This document shows, piece after piece, positions 1 through 7,087 of a DNA stretch of 13,836 nucleotides (position 1 is its first letter; every line of letters starts with the position of its first letter). A model generated the notes under the pieces. The model ran no database searches. It was not told where the DNA came from and worked only from the letters and a program-made list of their open reading frames with translations. Both the position numbers and the translations under genes were made by a program. The stretch comes from Nitrospinota bacterium. Its GTDB lineage: Bacteria > UBA8248. The stretch lies in the NCBI GenBank assembly GCA_046581755.1, contig JAYGFR010000304.1:1-13836 (forward strand), written 5' to 3'.

Positions 1-19
1 CACTCCTGATGCTGAAATG

Positions 20-48
20 AATGTCGGCTAAAACGAGGGGAATGTCAA
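20..48 (-). promoter_or_regulatory. Candidate sigma70 promoter firing leftward out of the window
   Basis: Minus strand TTGACA (48-43), 17-nt spacer, GACATT (25-20); an AGGAG SD-like motif follows at 7-3. The downstream gene lies outside the window. Confidence 0.4.
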
Positions 49-130
49 GAGGAGATGCAGTCTCGAATCCAGAGGAGGGAGTCGTAGGTATCTGAAAAAT
101 CGCATAGGGGCATGATCGGATTCTATTTGA

Positions 131-365
131 GGCTATAACCGGGTCAAGCGCTGGAGGGGAGGAGGGATGATCCTGCGCTGGATGGCGGCGGGCCTGATGG
201 AAGCCGGAAAGGGATTCCGCCGGGTGCGGGGCTACCAGGGCATGGCCCATCTTGGCGCCGCCCTTGAACGCAACGACGAGCGGATTGACGGAAAACTCAA
301 AGTGGAAGAGGCTGCATAGCTACCAGGGGCCGCCCTTCAATTTCAACACAGAACGGGACATCCCC
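131..365 (+). mobile_element. IS256-family remnant: transposase C-terminus (131-319) plus right terminal inverted repeat (~339-365)
   Basis: A frame not in the ORF track reads NRVKRWRGGGMILRWMAAGLMEAGKGFRRVRGYQGM...EEAA* (stop 317-319), the typical IS256 C-terminal VKRWR...RW.AAGL.EA...FRR..GY pattern. It is followed by AATTTCAACACAGAACGGGACATCCCC, an IS256-like end. A TGA at 128-130 and no start codon show it is 5'-truncated. Confidence 0.8.
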
Positions 366-638
366 GGGGAAGAATGGGAAAAGAAAGTTGAACAATTAGA
401 AACATCCGAAAATACAAAAAATATCTTGGATGTTCCTCCCCTATTCTATGGATTGGCAAAACCGGAAGAAGGAAAGGGTGTTTTGAGTGGTGGTGTTTTA
501 AGTAGGAAGAGTTTTTCTCTATCTAAAATTTTAATTGCTGTTAGTTTGATCGTGTCGTTTTTTTGGCTTGGTCTTATCATCTATTCATGGCTCAAAATAT
601 TTAGCGTGGAAGAGATTGTTATATTTTTCAAAAAATAG
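366..638 (+). pseudogene. 5'-truncated AT-rich membrane-protein gene (C-terminal TM helix), cut by the IS256 end
   Basis: Composition switches abruptly to AT-rich right after the IS end. Reads EEWEKKVEQLE...PLFY...SLSKILIAVSLIVSFFWLGLIIYSW. The first ~38 codons of track ORF 252..638 are IS DNA. Confidence 0.6.
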
Positions 639-776
639 GTTTGTTGATTAGGCTGGTAATTTCTGTGGCGACAGCTTTCGGGTTCTATCGCCTATTAATG
701 TGTCGATCAGACTTAGAACCCGAGGAAGATCGAATAAAAAAATGGAAAGAATTTTTTAATACTAAAAAAGGGCGAT

Positions 777-1178
777 CTGATTCCCCCCAAGATTACGAAA
801 ACCGACGAGGAGTGGAAAAAACATCTCACGCGAGAGCAGTACGCCGTCGCGCGGATGGGCGGGACCGAGCCCGCCTTTTCGGGCAAGTACAACGCATGCA
901 AGGACGAGGGAACCTACATCTGCGTCTGCTGTGGGGACCCGCTGTTCGAGTCGGACAAAAAATTCGACTCGGGCACCGGCTGGCCGAGCTTCTGGGAGCC
1001 GGGGGTGGCCGAGAACGTCACCGAGATCGAAGATGTGAGCCACGGCATGCGGCGGGTCGAGGTTGCCTGCACCTCCTGCGGCGGCCACCTCGGCCACGTC
1101 TTCCCGGACGGCCCCCCGCCCACCGGCCTGCGCTACTGCATCAACTCGGCTTCCATCGCGCTGGATAGGAAAGGGTAG
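777..1178 (+). CDS. msrB: Peptide-methionine (R)-S-oxide reductase MsrB, zinc-binding type; start uncertain (CTG 777 / ATT 780 versus ATG 855)
   Basis: In-frame [34 protein letters not shown] and CTSC zinc ligands, [21 protein letters not shown], catalytic RYCINS. Confidence 0.93.
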   Translation: MIPPKITKTDEEWKKHLTREQYAVARMGGTEPAFSGKYNACKDEGTYICVCCGDPLFESDKKFDSGTGWPSFWEPGVAENVTEIEDVSHGMRRVEVACTSCGGHLGHVFPDGPPPTGLRYCINSASIALDRKG

Positions 1179-1416
1179 CTTGTAGGAACCACCCGGGTCG
1201 TCCGCTCCGGTTCCGGGTGGGCTGGCCGGCGCAACCAGGCCACCCACGCCGTGGCCGCACCTCCGCGCATTTCCTGTGGCGGGGATTTCGTCGAACCGTT
1301 GTATGTCTATCTCACTGGCGGGCGGATTCGCCGCCGGATGGGGCGTGATGCGCGCAACGGGGCTGTTTGAAGGGGTTTGGGGGAGTTTAAGGCGAACTTG
1401 TTAGGGGTGTTTTGTC

Positions 1417-2097
1417 CTACCCCACCCTCGCGACGACCCGCGCGGGGGCGCCCTCGATCTTGTAGAGCTTGAGGGGAAACGCGAACATCTCGAATTCGGT
1501 CTCCTCGAAGGTGTCCAAATCGATGACGTGCTCGATGAGGGGGACGCCGCGCCCGAGGACGGTCCGGTGGCCGGGAGAGTCGCCCTTTTGGGCGGTGCCG
1601 CCGGGGCGCATTCCGGGGTCGATGGCGTGGTCCATGCAAAGGGCCTTGATGCCGAGATCGCACAGAAAGGCGCAGGCCTCGGCGTCGAGGTAGGGGTTGG
1701 GCCCAAAATAGTCCGGGGTGAAGATGGCCTCCTTGGACCAGCCGGACCAGCTGACGGCGATGGCGCCCTTCAGCCGCGAGGGCTCGAAGCCGGGCGAGCC
1801 TTCGATGTGGGCGCGGGTGATGGGCTGCTCGCGCTTGGAGGTGGCGCGCACGTCGATCTTCACCGCCCGCCCGCAGAAGATTTCCAGCGGCATCTCGTCG
1901 ATGGTCGCTCCGTCCGCAAAGAAGTGGTTCGGCGCGTCGAGGTGGGTGCCCTGGTGGATCGCCATGGTGACGGCGCTGTTCTGGCGGCCGTGGGTTTCGT
2001 GTTCGTGAAACTGCGAGAATGTAACTTCGGGGAACGTCGGCACCAAGCACAGGTCGGGATGCCCCAGCGGGGCGGTCAGGTCGATGAGGCGCGGCAT
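1417..2097 (-). CDS. Cyclase-family (kynurenine formamidase KynB-like) metal-dependent hydrolase
   Basis: HQGTHLDAPNH matches HxGTHxDxPxH; N-terminal IDLT; C-terminal FPLKL..EGAPARVVA. An AAGGAG SD upstream of ATG 2097 favours this start over 2115. Confidence 0.88.
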   Translation of the reverse strand: MPRLIDLTAPLGHPDLCLVPTFPEVTFSQFHEHETHGRQNSAVTMAIHQGTHLDAPNHFFADGATIDEMPLEIFCGRAVKIDVRATSKREQPITRAHIEGSPGFEPSRLKGAIAVSWSGWSKEAIFTPDYFGPNPYLDAEACAFLCDLGIKALCMDHAIDPGMRPGGTAQKGDSPGHRTVLGRGVPLIEHVIDLDTFEETEFEMFAFPLKLYKIEGAPARVVARVG

Positions 2098-2136
2098 GGC
2101 AAATTTCTCCTTCATGGCGGGCAGCTTCGCCCGCCG

Positions 2137-2991
2137 CTAGGTTCCGGGGGCGATCAGGCCGTGCGCCCTCAGGAAGTCATCGAGAACCATTTGAAACGAA
2201 TCCGGCGCGTCGAGCTGGGCGCAGTGGCCGGCGCCGCCGATGATGGCCGCCGTGCCGCCGGGGATCGACGAGGCAAAGCGTTCGGCGTCGGGATGCCGGT
2301 CCGGGTCGAGCTCCCCCGCCACCGCGAGCGCCGGGCACTGTATCTCCCCGAGCCTGCCAGTCAGGTCGACGGCCCCGAGCGCAGCGGCGCAGGAGGCGGC
2401 GTATCCGGCGGGATCGTTCCGGAGGAAGAGGCGGTGGTGCTCGGCTCGCTCACGGGACTTCATCCCCCGTGGTCCCCGGCCCCGGGCCTTTCGCGCCCGG
2501 TAGGCGGCGGCCATGTTGCCCTTTGCCGCGCAGTCTCTCATCTTGCCGAGCGCGCCGCGAGCGCTCTCGCCGGGGGGGGCCGTTTCGGCGCCGATGAGGA
2601 CAAGCCCGGCCGCGAACTCGGGTTTTTCGATGGCGAGGAGCAGCGCGAGATGCGCCCCGAAGCCCTGGGCGATAACCGTGGGTCGGGAGATGCCCAGATT
2701 TTCCGCCAGAAGAGCCAGATCGCCCGCCATCTCTTCCGTTGTATAGGAGCCGGCCGGGCTCGCCGAGCGCCCGTGGCCCCGAAGCTCGACGGCGAAGACC
2801 CGGCTGCGCGGCTGAAGGGCGGGGATGAGCCGCCGCCATACCCACACCGTATCGCCCAGCCCCGGCATGAGCATGACGGGAGGTCCGGCCCCGGCGATTT
2901 CGCAGCATAAAATCACCGGGTCGGCCACGGATGGCGGGGAGAGCTTGATGTACCGGGCGGTTCGGGGGGATTCTCCAGCGATGCGTGCCAT
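2137..2991 (-). CDS. Alpha/beta-hydrolase fold protein (3-oxoadipate enol-lactonase-like) with an atypical nucleophile elbow
   Basis: GPPVMLMPGLG, ELRGHGRS, PALAVAGELD and GAGHCAQLD motifs; the elbow reads AQGFG instead of GxSxG. Confidence 0.85.
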   Translation of the reverse strand: MARIAGESPRTARYIKLSPPSVADPVILCCEIAGAGPPVMLMPGLGDTVWVWRRLIPALQPRSRVFAVELRGHGRSASPAGSYTTEEMAGDLALLAENLGISRPTVIAQGFGAHLALLLAIEKPEFAAGLVLIGAETAPPGESARGALGKMRDCAAKGNMAAAYRARKARGRGPRGMKSRERAEHHRLFLRNDPAGYAASCAAALGAVDLTGRLGEIQCPALAVAGELDPDRHPDAERFASSIPGGTAAIIGGAGHCAQLDAPDSFQMVLDDFLRAHGLIAPGT

Positions 2992-2997
2992 GAGGGT

Positions 2998-3753
2998 TTA
3001 CAGGGAGGCGAGGGATTGGATGATGTCGCGCAGGCGCTCGGCGGTCGCCTCGTAGAACTTTTCCCCGTTTTCGGCGGTCGCCACGGAGGGGTCGCCCGAG
3101 ACGCCGAGGGGCTTGGTGTCCCGCGTGAAGTCGGCCGGTGCGTTCAGGAGGCCCCCCCGGTGCATGTCCTGGATCATGAGGGGATGGGCGCGCTTCCATA
3201 CCTGCTTTTCGGCGGCCTCCATGTCCACGAGATCGGGCCGAAGGTGGAGCATCATCGAGGTCTCGAACTCGCCGCTGTGGCCCATGCTCCCGATCTCGCC
3301 ATGGCGTATCTTCTCTGCAATCTCGTTGCCGAGGCGGAAGTAGGTCACCATCCAGATGGTGATGCCGAGTTCGTGTTTGAGGGAAAGGGCGGCGGCCTGG
3401 AGGGAGGCGACGTTGCCCCCGTGCCCGTTGACGAGGAGAACCTTCTTGTAACCGTGGCGGGCCACGGAGCGGACGAGATCCTGGATGACGGCCAGATAGG
3501 TTTCGAGGGAGAGGGTCAGGGTGCCCGGAAATTCCATGTGATGGGGAGAAAGGCCGGCCCACATGGTCGGGGTGAGGAGGACATTCTCCATCCCATCGAC
3601 GGCTTTTTGGCATACGCTGGTGGAGAGGCAGGTATCCACCACGACAGGGTTGTGGGGGCCATGCTGCTCGATGGCGGCGAAGGGCATGACCACGGTTGCG
3701 CCCGCCGCCACCGTTTTTTCATGTTTCGGCCAACTGAGTTCTTCCCATAGCAT
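2998..3753 (-). CDS. Creatininase-family (creatinine amidohydrolase-like) metallo-amidohydrolase
   Basis: EQHGPH...D, GLSPHHMEFPGT, NGHGGN, GHSGEFETS and GVSGDP...ATAENG motifs. Confidence 0.92.
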   Translation of the reverse strand: MLWEELSWPKHEKTVAAGATVVMPFAAIEQHGPHNPVVVDTCLSTSVCQKAVDGMENVLLTPTMWAGLSPHHMEFPGTLTLSLETYLAVIQDLVRSVARHGYKKVLLVNGHGGNVASLQAAALSLKHELGITIWMVTYFRLGNEIAEKIRHGEIGSMGHSGEFETSMMLHLRPDLVDMEAAEKQVWKRAHPLMIQDMHRGGLLNAPADFTRDTKPLGVSGDPSVATAENGEKFYEATAERLRDIIQSLASL

Positions 3754-3899
3754 AGGCGGCGTCTTTCCGGCGCGATATCCCTGCGCCCTTGATGGAGAAC
3801 AAAATCGGGATGGGTTCCGGCTCCCATTCAGCCTCGCAGGATTTGCGCCGCGAGGTCAACCGTGGGGAGCGAATCGGGGGCCTTTGAATTCTCCGAGCC

Positions 3900-3928
3900 T
3901 TGCCCCGGGCGCGGGAACATGGTTTATT
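3900..3928 (+). promoter_or_regulatory. Candidate sigma70 promoter for tadA / tRNA-Ser
   Basis: TTGCCC (3900-3905), 17 nt, TTTATT (3923-3928) preceded by an extended -10 TGn. Confidence 0.3.
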
Positions 3929-3989
3929 GGCACGCTGGTGCGGGCGGGCCGGTTCTTTTTGGGCCCATTTCAGGAGCAAGGAGAAAGCT

Positions 3990-4496
3990 TTGGAGCTTCA
4001 TTCGCTGGATCAAGTGCGCGAGGATCACCGCTGGATGGCCGAGGCGCTCAAGCTGGCCGAGCGGGCCGAGGCGGCCGGGGATGTGCCCGTCGGCGCGCTC
4101 CTCGTGCGGGACGGCCGGGTCATCGGCCGGGGCTACAACCGGCGGGAGGCGGCCTGCGACCCGACGGCCCACGCTGAGATCCTGGCGCTCCGGGAGGCGG
4201 CCGCGACGGATGGCCTCTGGCGCCTGGACGGGGCGGCAATGTACGTCACCCTCGAGCCGTGCCCGATGTGCGCGGGAGCGCTGGTGAATGCGCGGATCGC
4301 CCGCCTGGTGTACGGGGCGCTCGATCCCAAGGGCGGCGCCTGCGGCTCGGTGTTCGACATACCGTCCGATCCGAGGGTGAATCACAGGATTCCGATCACC
4401 AAGGGGATTCTCGCCGATGAAAGCGCGGTCCTTTTGCGCGCGTTTTTCGGGGAGCGGAGGCGCATGGCCCGAGTGGCGCGCGAGGCCCAGCGGTAA
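3990..4496 (+). CDS. tadA: tRNA adenosine(34) deaminase TadA
   Basis: DVPVGA, DPTAHAE, WRL, YVTLEPCPMCAGA, DPKGGA, NHR and FF motifs. TTG at 3990 has AAGGAG 6 nt upstream, a better start than 3900. Confidence 0.93.
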   Translation: MELHSLDQVREDHRWMAEALKLAERAEAAGDVPVGALLVRDGRVIGRGYNRREAACDPTAHAEILALREAAATDGLWRLDGAAMYVTLEPCPMCAGALVNARIARLVYGALDPKGGACGSVFDIPSDPRVNHRIPITKGILADESAVLLRAFFGERRRMARVAREAQR

Positions 4497-4535
4497 AGTT
4501 TGTCCATTCCGGCCCATTCGGAGGCCGCTTGCCAC

Positions 4536-4627
4536 GGAGAGGTGGCCGAGCCAGGTTTAAGGCGGCAGACTCGAAATCTGTTGTGCGGGCAACCGTACCG
4601 GGGGTTCGAATCCCTCCCTCTCCGCCA
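4536..4627 (+). tRNA. tRNA-Ser (anticodon CGA)
   Basis: GGAGAGG/CCTCTCC acceptor stem, discriminator G plus encoded CCA, anticodon arm GCAGA-CTCGAAA-TCTGT, long variable arm, GGTTCGAATCC T-arm. Confidence 0.97.
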
Positions 4628-4928
4628 CGTATAAGTCGTTGTTATTGCTTGTGTTGTAGTTTTTTCGGCCCTCCCCGTTTTCTCCCGTACACACGCCCGA
4701 TCCGGGCAACCGAGAATTTCCCAGTCGCTGGGTGAGACGATCCGGTGCGGCGATCTCCACTCTATTTTCCCGAATATCTCTTTGGGCCTGTTTTGCAGTG
4801 CGGCTCGGGTGGAGATGGAGCCCCCCTTCGGCTGGAGTTGGGGATGAATGTACCGAATGGAACCAGGTGTACATGGCGGAGGTGTGGGCTGAGGAGGCCG
4901 CGCGGTTCGAGTATTCTTCGATGTCTTC

Positions 4929-6659
4929 CTAGATAAATCCCAGGACGCGGCGCTGCTCATCCCAATCCAGCGGGAAGCGGGTGTCCCGCATGAGACGGAC
5001 TCCGGTGAGTTCGGGTGGGTGCCTGCCCTCGAGAATAGCCTTTGTGATGTCGGGTGCGAGGAACGTCAGACGGAACAGGCGTGAGATATAGGAGTCTCCC
5101 ACGCCGTGATGCTTCGCCAGTTCACTGAGCTCCATGCCGCTGCAGGCGGGAAGACTTTCCCTCACGGTGTGCGCCTTGACGATGAGCCGAACCAGGCTGG
5201 AATCGGGTTTGTTCTTTCCTGAATCCCCGCTGATGAGTATCTTCATCTCCATGCCGGTTCGCTTGAGTTGGGCCGGGACGCTCAGGACCGACTCGGTCTC
5301 TTCGCGAGGGGATTGATGTGCCGGCGGAAGTTCTACCCTCCCGCTCCGCAAGACCTTGGCCAGACGGGAGGGTGCGATATGGATGTTTACGCTGGTTTTG
5401 AGCACCTCGATCCGAAAAATGGTGGCGAGCAGCATCCCCCGGATTCTGGATCGCTCAAAATCTGTCCAGCCCCTGGCGAGTGAAGCCGCAGCGCCCAAAA
5501 AGTTCTTTTGATCGATGGCTTCTGGGGCGTGCGCTTCCAGGGTCCCGAGCAACTCGGCGGGATCAGATAAAAACTCTTGCATCCTTCGGGTGACAATGTG
5601 CTCGATATCCCCGGCCGGGATGCGGCGGATAGAGGGTGAGTCTCCACTCGGAGAGTCTTCGCGATTCTGTGATACGTAATAGCGGTAGCGCCTTCCCTTT
5701 TTGACCGCATGTGTGGGTGTTAAGCGCTCGCCCCGCTCTCCGTAGAGGAGCCCAGCGAGCAAACTGGGGTTTTGGGCGTTGGTTCCGTTCTGTCGATCCA
5801 CACGGTTACTGGTGAGCTTTGCCTGCGCTCGATCCCAGAGCGGCCGATCAACTATTGCGTCATGCTCGCCCGGATAGCTCTTGTCCTTGTGGACGATCTC
5901 GCCGAGGTAGATACGGTTTTGCAGCATCAAGTAGAGTGCACCCCGGGCTATAGGCTTCCCTCCCTGGACCAGACCGGTCCGGGTTTTCCGCACCTTGCTG
6001 ACGATTCCTTCAGAGTCGAGTGCGTTCTTTAAAAGACGAACTGACCCCGCCTCAACATATTTTTGGAAGATGCGGCGAACGGTCCTGGCCTCTCCTTCGT
6101 TCACCACAAGTTTTCGATCTTTCACGTCATAACCCAAAGGCGGAAGTCCCCCCATCCACATGCCTTTTTTCTTGGAGGCAGCAATCTTGTCCCGGATCCG
6201 CTCGCCCGTGACCTCCCGCTCGAACTGGGCGAAGGAAAGCAGGACATTCAAGGTCAGTCTTCCCATAGAGGAAGTGGTGTTAAACGCTTGAGTCACCGAG
6301 ACGAACGACACTGCATGGGTGTCAAAGGATTCGACCATCCGGACGAAGTCCGAGAGGGACCGGGTGAGACGATCCACCTTGTAGACGACGACCACATCGA
6401 CCCGGCCCGCCTCCACATCGGCGAGAAGATGCTTGAGTGCAGGCCGCTCCGTCGTTCCTCCCGAAAAGCCACCGTCATCGTAGCGCTCCGATAATGGAAC
6501 CCATCCTTCAGCCCGCTGGCTCTTGATGTAGGCTTCGCAGGCTTCCCGCTGGGCATCGAGCGAGTTGAATTCCTGCTCTAGACCTTCTTCAGAAGACTTT
6601 CTCGTGTAGGTGGCGCAGCGCATTCGCCGCTTCGTCTTTTTCGCTTCGGCCGGGCTCAC
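4929..6659 (-). CDS. Large serine recombinase / site-specific integrase (576 aa)
   Basis: RCATYTRKSSEEGLEQEFNSLDAQREAC (catalytic Ser), YDDGGFSG, VVVYKVDRLTRS, LLSFAQFERE, recombinase domain (PLGY, NRIYLGEI), C-terminal SYISRL..LAPDI..ILEG. Start set to GTG 6659 (GGGAG SD, overlaps the upstream TGA). Confidence 0.93.
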   Translation of the reverse strand: MSPAEAKKTKRRMRCATYTRKSSEEGLEQEFNSLDAQREACEAYIKSQRAEGWVPLSERYDDGGFSGGTTERPALKHLLADVEAGRVDVVVVYKVDRLTRSLSDFVRMVESFDTHAVSFVSVTQAFNTTSSMGRLTLNVLLSFAQFEREVTGERIRDKIAASKKKGMWMGGLPPLGYDVKDRKLVVNEGEARTVRRIFQKYVEAGSVRLLKNALDSEGIVSKVRKTRTGLVQGGKPIARGALYLMLQNRIYLGEIVHKDKSYPGEHDAIVDRPLWDRAQAKLTSNRVDRQNGTNAQNPSLLAGLLYGERGERLTPTHAVKKGRRYRYYVSQNREDSPSGDSPSIRRIPAGDIEHIVTRRMQEFLSDPAELLGTLEAHAPEAIDQKNFLGAAASLARGWTDFERSRIRGMLLATIFRIEVLKTSVNIHIAPSRLAKVLRSGRVELPPAHQSPREETESVLSVPAQLKRTGMEMKILISGDSGKNKPDSSLVRLIVKAHTVRESLPACSGMELSELAKHHGVGDSYISRLFRLTFLAPDITKAILEGRHPPELTGVRLMRDTRFPLDWDEQRRVLGFI

Positions 6660-6784
6660 GACGATTCTCCCTCGGATAGAGGAAGGGATTTTTCTTTTTG
6701 CGCGAGGCCGAAAAAGCGCCGCCCCGACCAGTGCGCTCCGGTGATTTCTTGGGCGATTCTTGAAAGTGAACGGTATCGCTCCCT
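6656..6784 (-). pseudogene. C-terminal remnant of a DUF2924-type protein (usual partner of this recombinase family)
   Basis: Minus frame reads ERYRSLSRIAQEITGAHWSGRRFFGLAQKEKSLPLSEGESS*, matching the DUF2924 SLS.IA..ITG..W.G..FFGL signature. Its TGA overlaps the recombinase GTG (GTGA). The N-terminal part is absent. Confidence 0.8.
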
Positions 6785-6818
6785 GTGGGTGGCGAATTAG
6801 TATTTCGCCACCTACAGG
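6782..6818. repeat. 15-bp inverted repeat (1 mismatch) with a 7-nt loop; resembles two fused IS ends
   Basis: CCTGTGGGTGGCGAA-TTAGTAT-TTCGCCACCTACAGG. Confidence 0.9.
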
Positions 6819-6826
6819 CATAATGG

Positions 6827-7040
6827 CCTCCGAAAAGAGTCCTTGCTATTGGACATCGGAGGCTATCATAAATGCTGTATATTCAATGGACTTCGGTCAG
6901 ACGACCTCACCACAAATTCGCTGGACCAGGACACCTCCGAAAAGAGTCCCGGCTACTGGAGCTCGAAGGCTATCATAAACGGTAAATAATCAAGAAATTC
7001 TGGGTGGGCGGCATCACCACAATTTCGCTGGACCAGGACA
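6827..7040. repeat. Two tandem 107-bp non-coding direct repeats
   Basis: Units 6827-6933 and 6934-7040 align without gaps at 83/107 identity (manual count). Both begin CCTCCGAAAAGAGTCC and end TCACCACAAWTTCGCTGGACCAGGACA. Confidence 0.95.
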
Positions 7041-7087
7041 CCCCTCCGCAGTGTGACTGGTGATTGAGTTTTAGCGGAGCACGCGGG

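Larger units (their letters stand above)
4628..6784 (-). mobile_element. Remnant of a large-serine-recombinase integrative element at the tRNA-Ser 3' end
   Basis: The recombinase points toward the tRNA 3' end with a DUF2924-type remnant overlapping its start; an IHF-like site lies directly after the CCA. The distal att copy was not found. Confidence 0.6.

Noticed and set aside
252..638. Track ORF 252..638 as a complete gene
   Set aside because: It is chimeric: the first part is out-of-frame IS256 sequence and its terminal repeat.
639..735. Integron attC site after the AT-rich gene
   Set aside because: No RYYYAAC...GTTRRRY core pair around the hairpin and no integron integrase in the window.
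1131..1148. Selenocysteine MsrB
   Set aside because: The catalytic codon is TGC (Cys) and there is no in-frame TGA.
641..1168. 175-aa ORF overlapping msrB
   Set aside because: An alternative frame over msrB, Arg/Gly-rich and without recognisable motifs.
1528..2910. Long ORFs overlapping real genes (1528..2910, 2450..3613, 3016..3750, 7298..8023, 9991..11382, 10782..12209, 12584..13654)
   Set aside because: Antisense or off-frame shadows of well-supported genes, expected in high-GC DNA.
2998..3753. Mycofactocin MftE assignment
   Set aside because: Same protein family, but no other mft genes are present in the window.
3928..3941. Sigma54 promoter TGGCACG...TGC upstream of tadA
   Set aside because: The GG-to-GC spacing is 9 nt rather than the required 10.
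6660..6821. N-terminal extension of the recombinase to 6821
   Set aside because: This stretch encodes the DUF2924 remnant in another frame plus the hairpin; the SD and the GTGA overlap support a start at 6659.
6827..7040. CRISPR array interpretation of the tandem repeats
   Set aside because: Only two units, the putative spacers still align without gaps, the conserved part is far longer than a CRISPR repeat, and no cas genes are in the window.
7041..7050. CCCCTCCGCA as the duplicated tRNA-Ser 3' end (attR)
   Set aside because: Too short and imperfect relative to CCCTCTCCGCCA to distinguish from chance.
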